From Amoebophrya sp. A120 (Eukaryota > Protista > Dinoflagellata): a DNA stretch of 64,000 nt. This document shows, in pieces, positions 13,001 through 24,014 of this stretch. The position numbers were made by a program, and so were the translations under genes. The stretch's first letter is position 1, and each line of letters begins with the position of its first letter. The stretch spans positions 3,692,169-3,756,168 of the forward strand of contig CAJINV010000006.1 of NCBI GenBank assembly GCA_905178155.1. Reading direction: 5' to 3'. The notes beneath the pieces were generated by a model that worked only from the letters and a program-made list of their open reading frames with translations, had not been told where the DNA came from and made no database searches.

Positions 13001-14116
13001 TCCGTCTGAAAATTTGCGACACAGATTTATTGCGGTCACGAATCGGGTCTGTCTTGCAAGGAGGCCCATTCAGGCTTCCTTTCCGCCACGTTATGCAGGC
13101 GATTTGTAATGCTGTAAGGCCTACAGGGGCCCAGCCGTCTAGTACCATGCTTGCTAGTCCCCTACAACTACACCAAAAGGCCCGTAGTGCCTAGGTTTAG
13201 GATCTGCGTGCAGAAGTACTCTCCTGCAACACAAATTTGATTTGTGTATCCAAATCCAGCATCAGAAATTTCGTTTTGATATGGGGAGAGGGGATTTTTC
13301 CTTGTGATACGCGAATCAATGCGTCGATCATGGATTTCTCCTGCTCCCCCGCACGCAGCAGATTCGCGGCCAGCACGAGCACTTTGATAACGCGGTCCGC
13401 GATGTCGTTCCGCAGGACTTGGACACACTTCTGGTTGTTTATGGAAGCGTCAGGATCGAAATCAGCAAAATCGAAATAATTTGTGATGCATAAAATCGAT
13501 ACCACTTGGATCCTCAGTTGCCAAGTGGCGCATGACAGATTTCGGGAGCACCAAAATCCATTTTGTAATGCTGTTTGGGCAAAGAAGACTGCTCCTGTCA
13601 TGCTACTCTGGCAGCGCATCTCCTTCCCCTAAACAGGCTCGCAGTCGCTTTCTTTTGCCTGCTCCCCAACACAGGCCATACGTGCCCTACATTTTATTTC
13701 GACTTTGACGATTTCAATCATGACACTTCCATATTGTTCTTTCTGGATGAAGTAGAGAAAGAAGACGTCTTCTTCGCTGCCGTCGTTGCAAGTGAGGTAA
13801 AACTTGTACTACTTGCCGGTCGCGCGGCGGCACTATGTTGAGCTGCACCAGTCGATGTGGCTCCTTTGGCTTTACTTTCACTCAGCGTCTGCTCCTCGTG
13901 TCGTGAAATCTTGTTCTGGGGTAGAAGCCCGAGAGTCGTAGACTCATCTCGATGGTCCTCGTACTTCTCCTCGTGCACCACAGCCAACGCGGAGGTCCTC
14001 GCCACTTCTACCTTTTGCGACGATGCCCGGTGGACGACGTCGAGAAGGGACACCAATAGAGCGGCGAACAGGCAGAAGTCAAAAGGCTTCATTTTCTTCA
14101 TCCAGCCGGACATCTT
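10024..14116 (-). CDS. Uncharacterised type-I membrane protein (signal peptide, C-terminal TM helix, Gln/Gly-rich tail)
   Basis: N-terminus MSGWMKKMKPFDFCLFAALLVSLLDVV and TM segment LILLILLFIAMCALLLCVM at about 10500-10554. Exons are split by at least 8 TAT..ATA elements. Not all junctions were frame-checked. Confidence 0.6.
12954..13309. mobile_element. Introner family J (TAT..GAAAAATCCCCCTCCCCATAT), representative copy
   Basis: TSD CGCGA. Others: 25844-26168 and 63534-63868. Confidence 0.9.
13440..13733. mobile_element. Introner family B (TIR TATGGAAGCGTCAGGATCGAAATC), representative copy
   Basis: TSD TTGTT. Others: 15060-15367, 16694-17061, 17332-17643 (divergent), 25196-25508 and 57157-57520. 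Confidence 0.92.
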
Positions 14117-14913
14117 GATTTTATCAGATGAAATTGTGATCAAGATGGAGCGAGAACGCTGCACAGGCTCGACAACAAAACCTTTTTCAAAGTGTTGATT
14201 CCTTATCCTTTTCCATACTAGCTGCGCCGGGGTGTAAATAAATCATTCACCTCCTGATTGATGTTCCATTTGCACACAAGACATGATATTATCCGCGACG
14301 GCAAAACCAACCCCGCTGAGGTCAACGACTTTCCTAGACTGCGCACTGCCACTGACTTTTTGTTTTCTTGCCCCGACTGTTCCTCGGTCCTGTCGGATGA
14401 TCGCAGGGCCAGCACAAGAGGAACATCGAATCTTCACTCAGCATGACCACGACGATAACAGCTCAACAACAAGTCACACGAAACTAGGACCGGTGTAGTT
14501 CACTCGTCGATAGACTTCCTTTAGATAAAATTCATCTCTCGGTGATTCAAATTCTAGCGAAAACATCGAAATCGAAACTAAGTACTGCACAATAACAACC
14601 AAGCGACATCAGATCAGATATGTCGGCCCACACAGACCCGACACGAGTAGACGCGCTGAGAACAACAACCCTGCTGGCTGCACGCACAACAGCAATTCAG
14701 CACACACTTGTCACAGATAGAAGAATTTCTATTTTTCTTACAAAATAGTACCTTTCATACACGACGTCCCGTCAACGCCAGCACATGGTTAATTTCATGA
14801 GCGTCGGGTCACCATGAAACAGACGCCTTAAACATGGATCGCCTCTTTTTTCTTCAGCATCTTTCTCAAGAAGAAGAAACTACAGTACGACAACAGCCGC
14901 ATGATTCTAATTT

Positions 14914-17753
14914 CTACTTTTTATTTCTATCGCCCTCTTTGGCCCAAAACAAATCAGGCCCTGGAGCTGGATGCGGCGCACCGACTCCCCCCGGCTGCTG
15001 CAGAAAGCTGCTCTGCAAATCGTAACTTTGGCCTTGAAACCCCTGGGCGACCTGGTTCGTATGGAGGCGTCAAGATTGAAATCGACAAATTTGAAACAAC
15101 TTGTAATGCATAAAATCGATACCAGTTGGAGGCCCTATTTCTAAGCCGCGCATGACAAATTTGGGTAGAGCCGAAATTCAGTTTGTAATGCTGTTTGGGT
15201 AAGGAAGAGGCCTTTTGTTATGCTACTTTAGCAGCTCTATTTCTACCCCGCAACAGGCTTACAATCTGCCTCCCTTGCCTACTCTGCAAGACAGGCACTT
15301 TGAGGGTTGCACTTTATGCATGACAAACCATCTCAACCTTGACGATTTCGATTCTGACGCTTCCATAGTTCGAGTCCGGGAAGTTTTCCGGATTGTAGTT
15401 GAATTTACTCGCCCAGTAGTCCAAGCGCAGCTTTTATCCTGTGCAAAAGTATCGCACTCGTATTGTAATCATGCATTACAAATCTTTTCTTTAAGGTAAA
15501 TCAGCATCACAAATTTCATTTCTCATGCTGAGGAAGTTTGTAATGCATTTGTTCGAGTACGATACTTTTGCACAGGATAGCTTTTTCTCAGTCTTGGCAT
15601 TAATATTTTTTCCACCAATGTTATCAAAGGTTGGGATTGGGTGATTTATTTTAGGCGGGGTTCTTGTTCCGCCACCTGGGCCTGCTGTCGTCGCGCGTTT
15701 ATTTCTATTTGATGTCTTCCTGCTGCCAATGTTCACGTTATTTCTGCCGGATGTTGGTGTAGAAGTTCTTGAGCCCCCGCTAGAAGTACCCCGGTCATAA
15801 TTACCAGACGTGGTCTCGGCGTTGGTCTCGGCGGAGCCGCGGGCGCGGCCTCTGCCTCTTTCATCTTCATCACAGCTACTGCCCCCGCTCGTCCGAAAAT
15901 CATCCCTAATATCTGGCTCTTCGTTTGTTGATATTGATATTCTCTTCCCAAAGCTTAAACTGTAGCCAAACCCGAAGTAAAGAACGGCGTAAACGATGCC
16001 AAGGGAGCAGAGTAAAATAAACACGACCGTGAACCCGAGCAAGATCAGTTCGGTGAACGAAAGCGTGACGTGGCTTGGATCATTTTTCTCCTGGTAGTTG
16101 TCAAGATACTGCTGGTCCTCGTCGTCGTTGTGGCCGGCCTTGGTTTTGTTCGACGACGTACTATAGTCTTCATGCTGACTATGTTCTTGTCCCGAAAGGC
16201 TCCTGTCCACCTCGGAGCTGCTCATCTGCATTGACCCCGAATTTATCATGTTTCTAATCGTTCTTTCATCATGAAGATCTCCTCCCTCTGTAGTACTGCT
16301 GCTCAACGGACTGTAGCTGTGGCCCCAGCCGGTCGTGTGATTATTCACGAGCGGCGGATGGTGCGTGGTGGCGGGATCATGATGTCGGATACGGAAGCCT
16401 CGCGTCGTCGCATTAGCCCCGCTGAAAAGACCTTTCGAGTCGGCAGAAGTAGCGTTGCTCTTCCTGTCACCGCGGTGTAAATAAATGCCATCAAGATCTT
16501 CATCCGCCTCTGGTTCATCCTCTTCAATTACCGGGGAGGTATCAAAGGAAAAAGCCGTTGGGTCCTCGAAATACCGGTGCCAACTTGTCCATTCCGAGTC
16601 AAACCACGTCTGCTGGTTCTTCAACAGCTCAAGAACCCTGGAATTCCCAACCTTTTGACCCTTCTCCTGCACGACTATGCTCTGCAAACACAATATGGAG
16701 GAGGTGTCAGGATCGAAATCGAAAAAATCGAAAGGATCATTTGTGAAGATGCATAAAATCGATACCACCAGTTACTTACATTTAGATTTAGAAGCTCAGT
16801 TTCTTGTTCTTCTAAGTGGCGCATGACGAATTTCGGGAGCTGCACCATCAAAATCCAGTCTGTCGTGCTGTTTCTTGGGCACAGAAGTAGAAGCCTGTCC
16901 CTGTCATGCTACTCTGGCAGCGCATCGTCCTCTTCCCCTAAACAGGCTTGCAATCGGTCCCATTTATTGCCTACTCCCCAAAACAGGCCTTCCGTGCCCT
17001 ACATTTTACGCACTGCAAATTTTTCGATTTATTTGTCGATTTCGATCCTGACACCCCCATAAACAACTCGTCGTGCGCCTTTCTGTGGTCGATTTTTACC
17101 TCTTTCAAAAACCGCCCGCCCAGGTTTCGCCTCCTGTTTTTGCTTTCGGTCTTGACGAACTTTTGCGTCCCGAAAACCGACGCACGCCCAAAAAGGAGCT
17201 CGTCTTCGAAAGATTCCCCCGTGTCACTCTCGACCCGGACAAAAAGTGGGTCTTTTGACGGGTAGGCGCCGGCAAACTCGCCCGTGCACAGTTCCACAAT
17301 GATCCGGACGGGAAGGTGAAGTCGTGGGAGCTATGAAAGCCTCAGAATGGAAATCCTCAAACTGGAAATGATTTGTGATGCATGAAATGCAACGCAAAAA
17401 AGACTGTATTGCAGAGGACGCAATGGAGGCCGACTATTATCCTGCTAAGGTTGAGGAATTGGAATGCTGCTTAGCACGACAGAAGGGCACCCCTTTCCCT
17501 TAGCCTGCATGACAGACATGCTTTAAGTGCCCGGGAAATTTGTCATGCGCAGACTATAAATGCCGCTTCAACTGGAGTCGTTTTTCTTTTTTTGCGTCAC
17601 AAATTATTTCCACTTTGAAGATTTCCAACCTGAGGCTTTTATAGGAGCTGGAGCAACGAGGAGGTGGTGGCTCCTGGGTCGTCCAAGCTTCTGAGTGTTA
17701 ATATCGATGTCCCTCTATCGCGGACGATCGGATACGGATTCACTTCTCTTTCG

Positions 17754-17793
<40 letters not shown>

Positions 17794-20700
17794 GATGAAA
17801 GTCAGCTCCTTCTCCTTCACCATCCGTAGGTTGTCGTTGTTCCGGCGAGGGTGGTGGCCGTACTATGACCGGCGCGGCCGGCGGCTCATCGTCCGAAGTT
17901 GTCTTCATCCCGTGTTCGGTTTGAACACCGGCGGGGGCAGTGGAAATAGTCCCAGTTTCATTCAACATCTTCCTCGTCGTCCCATGATTGTTCACAGGAT
18001 CTTGTTCTAATAATTCCTCGTCCCATAATTCAACACTCGGACTACGTATGAACTGCAAAAGTATCGCACTCGTATAAATGCATTACAAATTTCCTCAGCA
18101 TGAGAAATAAAATTTGTAATGCGAATTTACCTTACGAAAATAATTTGTAATGCAAGACTTGCATTTATAGGAGTACGATACTTTTGCACAGGATACTACG
18201 ACCGTGGACTTCTACGTCGTCCCACGATCGTAGTCGTCCACCTGAAGATGTTCTCAAATGCAAAAGTGTCTGGGTCTGGAAGATTGGTAGGTTTGTCATG
18301 CAGGTTTCCCATGACCCACGCGGTCTGTGCCATGCACGGCCTAGCATGACAGGTTCTGTGAGATCTCTATCATGCCGTTCTTGCATGAGAAATTGCCTCT
18401 AAACTTGTTCAAAAGTGGGCCTCTTTTGGTAATCATGCAACACAAATTTTTCCACAATCCAGATGTAGCATGAGAAGTTACACTCTTCCAGACCCAGACA
18501 TATTTGCAATGCATAGGTGCCGACCGACGAGCAGCGCCACGCGCGATATGAAAGTGCACAAATCCAGCCAATCTCCCTCATTTGTAATGCAAAATCCCCA
18601 ATGATCCAGCTGCTGCCTCATAGCACTGTTTGCATGACAAATCCTGGAGGCCCAAACAGTACTTCTACAGTGGGGTCGTCACAAATTTGTCATGCGTACC
18701 TCGTCTACGTGCGCTTGTGTTTGTATTGCTCTGTTCATGCTCTAGTACAAATGAGGGGGAGGGGGAGTTGTGCACTGTCATATGCGAGAAGTGTGAGATA
18801 GGAGGAACGGCGCGGCCGCACGCCCGGACTGGTACTTCTGCTAGAAGTTCTTGCGCTTCTTCTGTGAAGTAGAGGACGAGAGATAAGAAGATTTTTAACA
18901 GCGGGAGGACGAGGATCAACACCCAATTTGATCCTTCCAGGAGGTGTTACAATCTCAAACGTTACAATAGAATCTGGAATTTGTGTTGCAAGAAGTGCAT
19001 TATCTAGCTTACTCCCATAGGATTGCGCATGACAAGTTCTGGAGTCCCAATCCGCACCACAATCTGGCGAAATTTGTATTGCAGAAAGTGGAATGCTGTC
19101 CGAGTCTGTCATGCTCATCATGCAATACAAAACCCAGATTCTATTGTAACGTTTGAGATTGTAACGTTTGAGCGGGTCATATTTTCCGTTGCTCCAGGGG
19201 GGTAGGGAAACGTTACGCAAGTCCCCGCTTCATCAACTGCAAATGTCGTCTGGGTCTGGAAGAGTCATGCTGTTTTTGCATGACGCGCAAGGTCTGGCAT
19301 GGCAGCTCTAGCATCACAGGTTTCGAGAAGCTGCCGCAATGCCGAATCCGCATGACAAATCCCCCATTTTGGTGACAAAAAGTGGGCAGCTTTTGCTACC
19401 TATCTATGCATGAGAGATTTTTCTGTGTTCTGAAATGCGCATCGCAAGTTTGTACTCTTCCAGACGACCCAGACATATTTGCAATCCATACCTCTTGCGT
19501 GGATATGTTGAGGTAGTTTTCGAGAAAAGTTGTTTGGGCGTCTTTATTGCTCGTTGGTAGAACAAAAAACTCCGGTAGCAATTCCATCAAAACCGCGGAG
19601 CCGTCTTGCGTCGCGCGGTAAGTGGTTTCCATGGAGTGAAATAGCCGGTTCCAGGAGTCAAAGGAGCCTGAGCATGCACTCTGGCAGTTCCCTGACAAGG
19701 AAGTACAGAACGTAAGCGGGCGTGGAGTAGTGGGTGCCTGTGACAATTTGTGTTTGTTTGTCCTGTTTTTTTGCTGGAGGTGGTGATGATTATAAGGACT
19801 ATGCATGCCAAACAAAGAAACTGCCTCATCGGAGGTGAAACAGGATGACAACATGAAACAAGATCCTTCTTATACCGTACAAAAACTTCTGTCCCGCTGG
19901 CATTTCGCGCATCCGTTCCCGAAATTGCCTCAACTATCGAAAGAAAAAACTGCTTCACTGTAAACTTGTGATGCATAAAATGGAACAAAAACGCGTTTGT
20001 CTTGCTACGCATGCAAGACATTGGCAGATTTGCCATGACCGGAATATTTGTGATGCGCAACCCCATGACAGGCATTTTCAGTCGTGTTTGAGAACTTGTA
20101 ATGCTGTAAACAGGGTCAGCAGATCGATTTGTAATGCGGCTTTCCTTGCTAACTTGCACTACAACCTTACGGACTGCAAGAACTTGTCACGCGTGACTCC
20201 CAAAACTCCTAGCTTTGTGTTGCAAAGTCCCCATCTTGACTCTGGGGTGGGGACGTTTTTGCTTAGGATAAGAAGTTCTTGCACTTCTTCTGTGAGCAGC
20301 ACGAGAACTAAGAAGATTTTTAACAGCGGGAGGACGAGGATCAACACAAATTAAATTTGTAATGCGGATTTGCCTTTAAAAAAAAGATTTGTAATGCATA
20401 GAAGCAATTAGTACGAGTACGATACTTTTGCACAGGATAGAAACAGCTGGTCTGCCATGCTGCGCTCCTGGTAAGGCCTCTCATCAATCATATGCAAGGA
20501 AAAACAGAGTGTTACAGTTACACACTTGCACGTGAATTCAGCATCACAAATTTTCTTCGCATGACGGAACTTGTAATGCAGAAATCATAAGGCAAAACAC
20601 ACACGAAACGAGACTCGCAAGCCTTTTGCGCATGACAGAGGTCGTCTGCCTTGCATGTCTTGCAACACTGTGTGTAAATATTGTAACACTTTTTATTTTG

Positions 20701-22880
20701 CATAAATCACCTTCATCGCGTAGTACACCGGCTCGGACAACGAGTGGCTGTCTTTCTCCCCCTATCCTGTGCAAAAGTATCGCACTCGTATTGCAATGAA
20801 TCATGTATTACAAATTTTTTTCTTAAGGTAAATCCGCATTACAAATTTTTTTTCTCATGCTGAGGAAATCTGTAATGCATTTATACGACGAGTACGATAC
20901 TTTTGCAGTGCATACCCCCAGTACTACTTCCCGCGCGCCCACCTGGGTCCTCCCTTGTGGTTCTTGGTCTTGACGGACGATCCCGCCCCCGAGATTCTTG
21001 TACCAGTTCACGTCCCGGGGGCCCCGTGCCGACACCGGCCGCATGGTGCTCCGTCGCTGCTTATCAAATGCAAAAATGTTGTCTGGGTCGTCTGGGAGGC
21101 TCCGAGATTTGTCATGCAGTTTTTCGAAGCTCTCCCACGCCTGGAATGCACGGCCTAACGTCGCAGGTTCTGCAGCCCCAGCCCCCTGGTGATGCGTATT
21201 TTGCAGGAGAAATGCCCTGTCAGCATGGCGAGAAGTGGGCACCCTTTGCAGATTTTTAACAGCGGGAGGACGAGGACCAACACCCAATTTGAAGAGCCCC
21301 GCTGGCGTCGTTGGTTTTGTAGGGCGCGGCATGGTGTTGGAACCATCGCCAGGGATACCACTCCAGAAGCGGGTGATTAAATCCCGGAGAGCCAACGCAG
21401 GAAGGGTGCTGGAGAAAATCAAGCTGGAGCGGGCTCGGGCTAGCCTCAGAATCACTAGGAGGCGGCCCTGGGAGAAGGTGGAAATACTGCGCGAATGGTT
21501 TCAAACAGGCCGGGCACGACTGCTCTATATTCTCGTTGGGGTTGAGCCTTGTGAAGATGGTTTGCACCTGCTTACTGCTGATGGACCGCCAATGAACACC
21601 TGGGTCTGAATTTGGATCACGTCCGAGCATGACGCTCCCTGTCATGAGGGTGGCGCTTTCGCCCTCTACGGTGGCCCCGGCGTCCTTCACGGCGATAAAA
21701 CTGCTCATGTCGAAGTCAAACACCCTCACCGAAGCCTCCGCTTGCCAGGCTTCGTCTCCCGTGTAGCCAATATTGTTAGGCTTTACGTCGTTGTGCGCAA
21801 GCCCGAGGTCTGCAAAAGTGTCGGCGTAACACGCGAATAATGCCCGGGTCAGCCTCTCCTTTCCGAGATCACTCGCCGGAGGCGGGATCATTCCTGCATT
21901 CGGGCTGGTGGTGGCGAGCATTTCTACCTTTTCAAGAAAAAAGAAAAGGCGCGTCTTCAGCTCTCCCTCGCTATTCAGATCAGAGCTTACAACAAGACGG
22001 GACATTCTTGCCACACAATCTTGCGCAGTACGGCTGAGGATTACGTTGAAGATGACCTCGGGAACGTGTTCATCCAGACACTGTTCTGCATTCGGAGAAT
22101 TTTTATTCGGACACTCTACTACTTTGACGACTTGGTGGTCGGGCATCGTTTGCTGATCCGGAAAAAAAAAAGGGCGTGGTGGATTATTGGACACCTCCGT
22201 CACGGTTCCGAAGCTACCAGAAGACAAGCTTCGCGCGTCCCAGCTTATCTCGATGCCGCTGTCAGTTTCGGTTTCCGTTCCTTCGACTAATCGTTCCTCG
22301 GGCGTCTTGTTCTTTTCGTGCGGAAAGATCCTCATCACGGTTGACACATTCCTATCCGGCTCGGCGCGCCCGCGAACCACAGCCAAATCTATCTGATCTT
22401 TCCAGTAGCCCATCGCGTCCTTCTTTACGTGCTCGTCTGGGAGGATGAAGATTGCGCATAACAGGAAAAGTTGATAGCAGAGTCAAATGCACGATTTTTA
22501 ACAGCGGGAGGACGAGGATCAACACCCAATTTGCTTCTACCGTTATTGTTCTTCCGAAGAAAATTTCCTAGAAGTCCACCTTTAATATTTCTTGGCGCGG
22601 TCGAGGAAAAACTCCTTGAAGTGGTCCTTCTCCTTCGTCCCAGGAAAACATCATCCTCTTCATCCACTACACGCAGGGCAAGAACGACCCCCGCTGAGAT
22701 CATATCAGGGCTGTTGCACTCCTCCTGAACACCAAGACGAACATCAAGCGGGCTCGACGTCTTGGAGGTGTTGTAAGACGGGGACCACGACCACCTCGAC
22801 CAGGACGAGGTCGTTGTGTTTAATAGTATCAACACCCTCACCACAAGCAGATGCACCACCCATCTCGCGACGCCGGCCAT
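14914..22880 (-). CDS. Uncharacterised membrane protein interrupted by a 3.6 kb repeat/captured-fragment array
   Basis: Signal-like N-terminus MAGVARWVVHLLVVRVLILL. The frame ...GRSKLGVDPRPPAVKN (22533-22493) continues as LLISRPLLHRR from 18889, then across elements at 18547, 18252 and 18047 into RSPSVELWDEE. TM segment LILLGFTVVFILLCSLGIVYAVLYFGFG; stop TAG at 14914. Confidence 0.65.
18047..18195. mobile_element. Introner family A (TIR TAT-N4-TGCAAAAGTATCGYACTCGTA), representative copy
   Basis: TSD CTACG. Other copies start at 2539, 4234, 6483, about 10568, 11105, 11705, 11950, 15435, 20763, 24085, 24828, 26689, 27236, 28030, 28252, 29273, 29747, 30517, 51753, 52020, 53492, 54121, 60119 and 61528, in both orientations. 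Confidence 0.95.
19182..19934 (-). pseudogene. BEACH-domain gene fragment, frameshifted
   Basis: KFLY^GTHYSTPAYVLYFLVRELPECMLRL, then a frameshift at about 19665, then SFDSWNRLFHSMETTY...LMELLPEFFVLP...FLENYLNI...NVSLPPWS. These are hallmark BEACH motifs. It has no start or end and keeps a GT-AG intron (about 19738-19875) and a TAT..ATA-type element. Confidence 0.85.
20346..21250. repeat. Near-identical copy of 29330-30234 (internal part of the Aurora-like kinase gene, introns included)
   Basis: Constant offset of 8984 bp and identical ORF-track translations. I saw one difference near the right end. Both ends cut through intronic elements. Confidence 0.95.
21292..22492 (-). pseudogene. Intronless, truncated protein-kinase-like fragment
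   Basis: SLSSGSFGTV (Gly loop), VVKVV, FFLEKV, AHNDVKPNNI (catalytic loop) and VRVFDFD. Bounded on both sides by the 41-bp repeat. Confidence 0.7.
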
Positions 22881-24014
22881 TTTTGAACAAGAAGCTAGTT
22901 GTATAGATACTACTAGGTGGTCATGGCCAAACAGTCGGAGTCGCACTCCTCCTTGTCTTTCCCGTGGAGGAGGTGGTCCACGTTGTTCCCCGGCAAATGA
23001 AGAAACTGAAACTCGGCTTGTTTCTACGAAATAAAAGTATTAAAACGGCGCGCTGCACGTAGGAAAAGCAAAGAAATCGACTTCGACGATTACTTCATGA
23101 AAATGAAAAATCTTCACTATCAAATGTAAAAATGTCTGGGTCTGGAAGAATGCGCGATTTGTCATGCTGCTTTTCCATGACCCATGAGGTCTGGAATGCA
23201 GGACCTAGCATGACCGATTCTGTGCGATCTCTCTCATGCCTATACTGCATGAGAAACTCCCTCCCGACTTGGTCAAAACTGGACGACTTTTGGTAATCAT
23301 GCAGCACAGATTTTTGCATGCTTCAGATTTAGCATGACAAGTTGCATTCTTCCAGACCCAGACATTTTTACATTTGATCTTCACGAGAAGAGGCCAACGG
23401 GAGTACGAGTAACGCACGAGTAAGGAACGATGACGATCATGACCACACGAGTGACGCCAAAACGGGATTTAGTTAGTAGTCAAAAGGACGAGCAGGAAGA
23501 GGTGGAGAATGAACAAATAAGAATAACCTCCTTGACCATAGATACCAGGGCGCAGTTGTGCTGGTTTTCGAACGAAGTTGTGCTGGTTTTCCTGAAAAAC
23601 AAACTCAAACTTCACCGCGCCCAGTGGTCACGAGAATTCTTCTACCGTTCATCAAGATCGAATTTCTATTTGTGCATCACTTTAATCGATTCACAACCAA
23701 GTCAAATTGTTCATCCACTGAAGCACTCACTATTCATCTTCCAGATTATTTATATCTTCAATCCTCCACTCGCAATCGCAAGAAAAAACTGCGTCACTGT
23801 GATGATTTTGCAGGATCTGCATCACAAATTTGATAATACACATGGTAGAGAAAATTTGCTATGTGCACTTCCCAAGGGAAAACACCCTTGGAAACTCAAT
23901 GTCTTGCATGTGTAGCAAGACAAAAAGCTTTGTGTTCCATTCCATGCATTACAAATTCACAGTGAAACAGTTTTTTCGTGGGATACTCGCAATAAAATTC
24001 ACAGCCCGATCAAG

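Larger units (their letters stand above)
18890..22533. repeat. Four direct copies of a 41-bp sequence GATTTTTAACAGCGGGAGGACGAGGATCAACACCCAATTTG with kb-scale spacers
   Basis: Copies at 18890-18930, 20315-20347 (truncated), 21251-21291 (1 mismatch) and 22493-22533. Confidence 0.95.

Noticed and set aside
17758-17793. (CAT)n microsatellite
   Set aside because: Encodes a poly-Asp tract in the host exon; ordinary.
18890-18930. 41-mer as a sequencing adapter
   Set aside because: It does not match adapters I know and it reads in frame as part of the host exon. A chimeric-assembly origin remains possible.
18890-22533. CRISPR array
   Set aside because: Spacers are about 1 kb, the repeat is host coding sequence, there are no cas genes and the DNA is eukaryotic. 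Only the geometry is similar.
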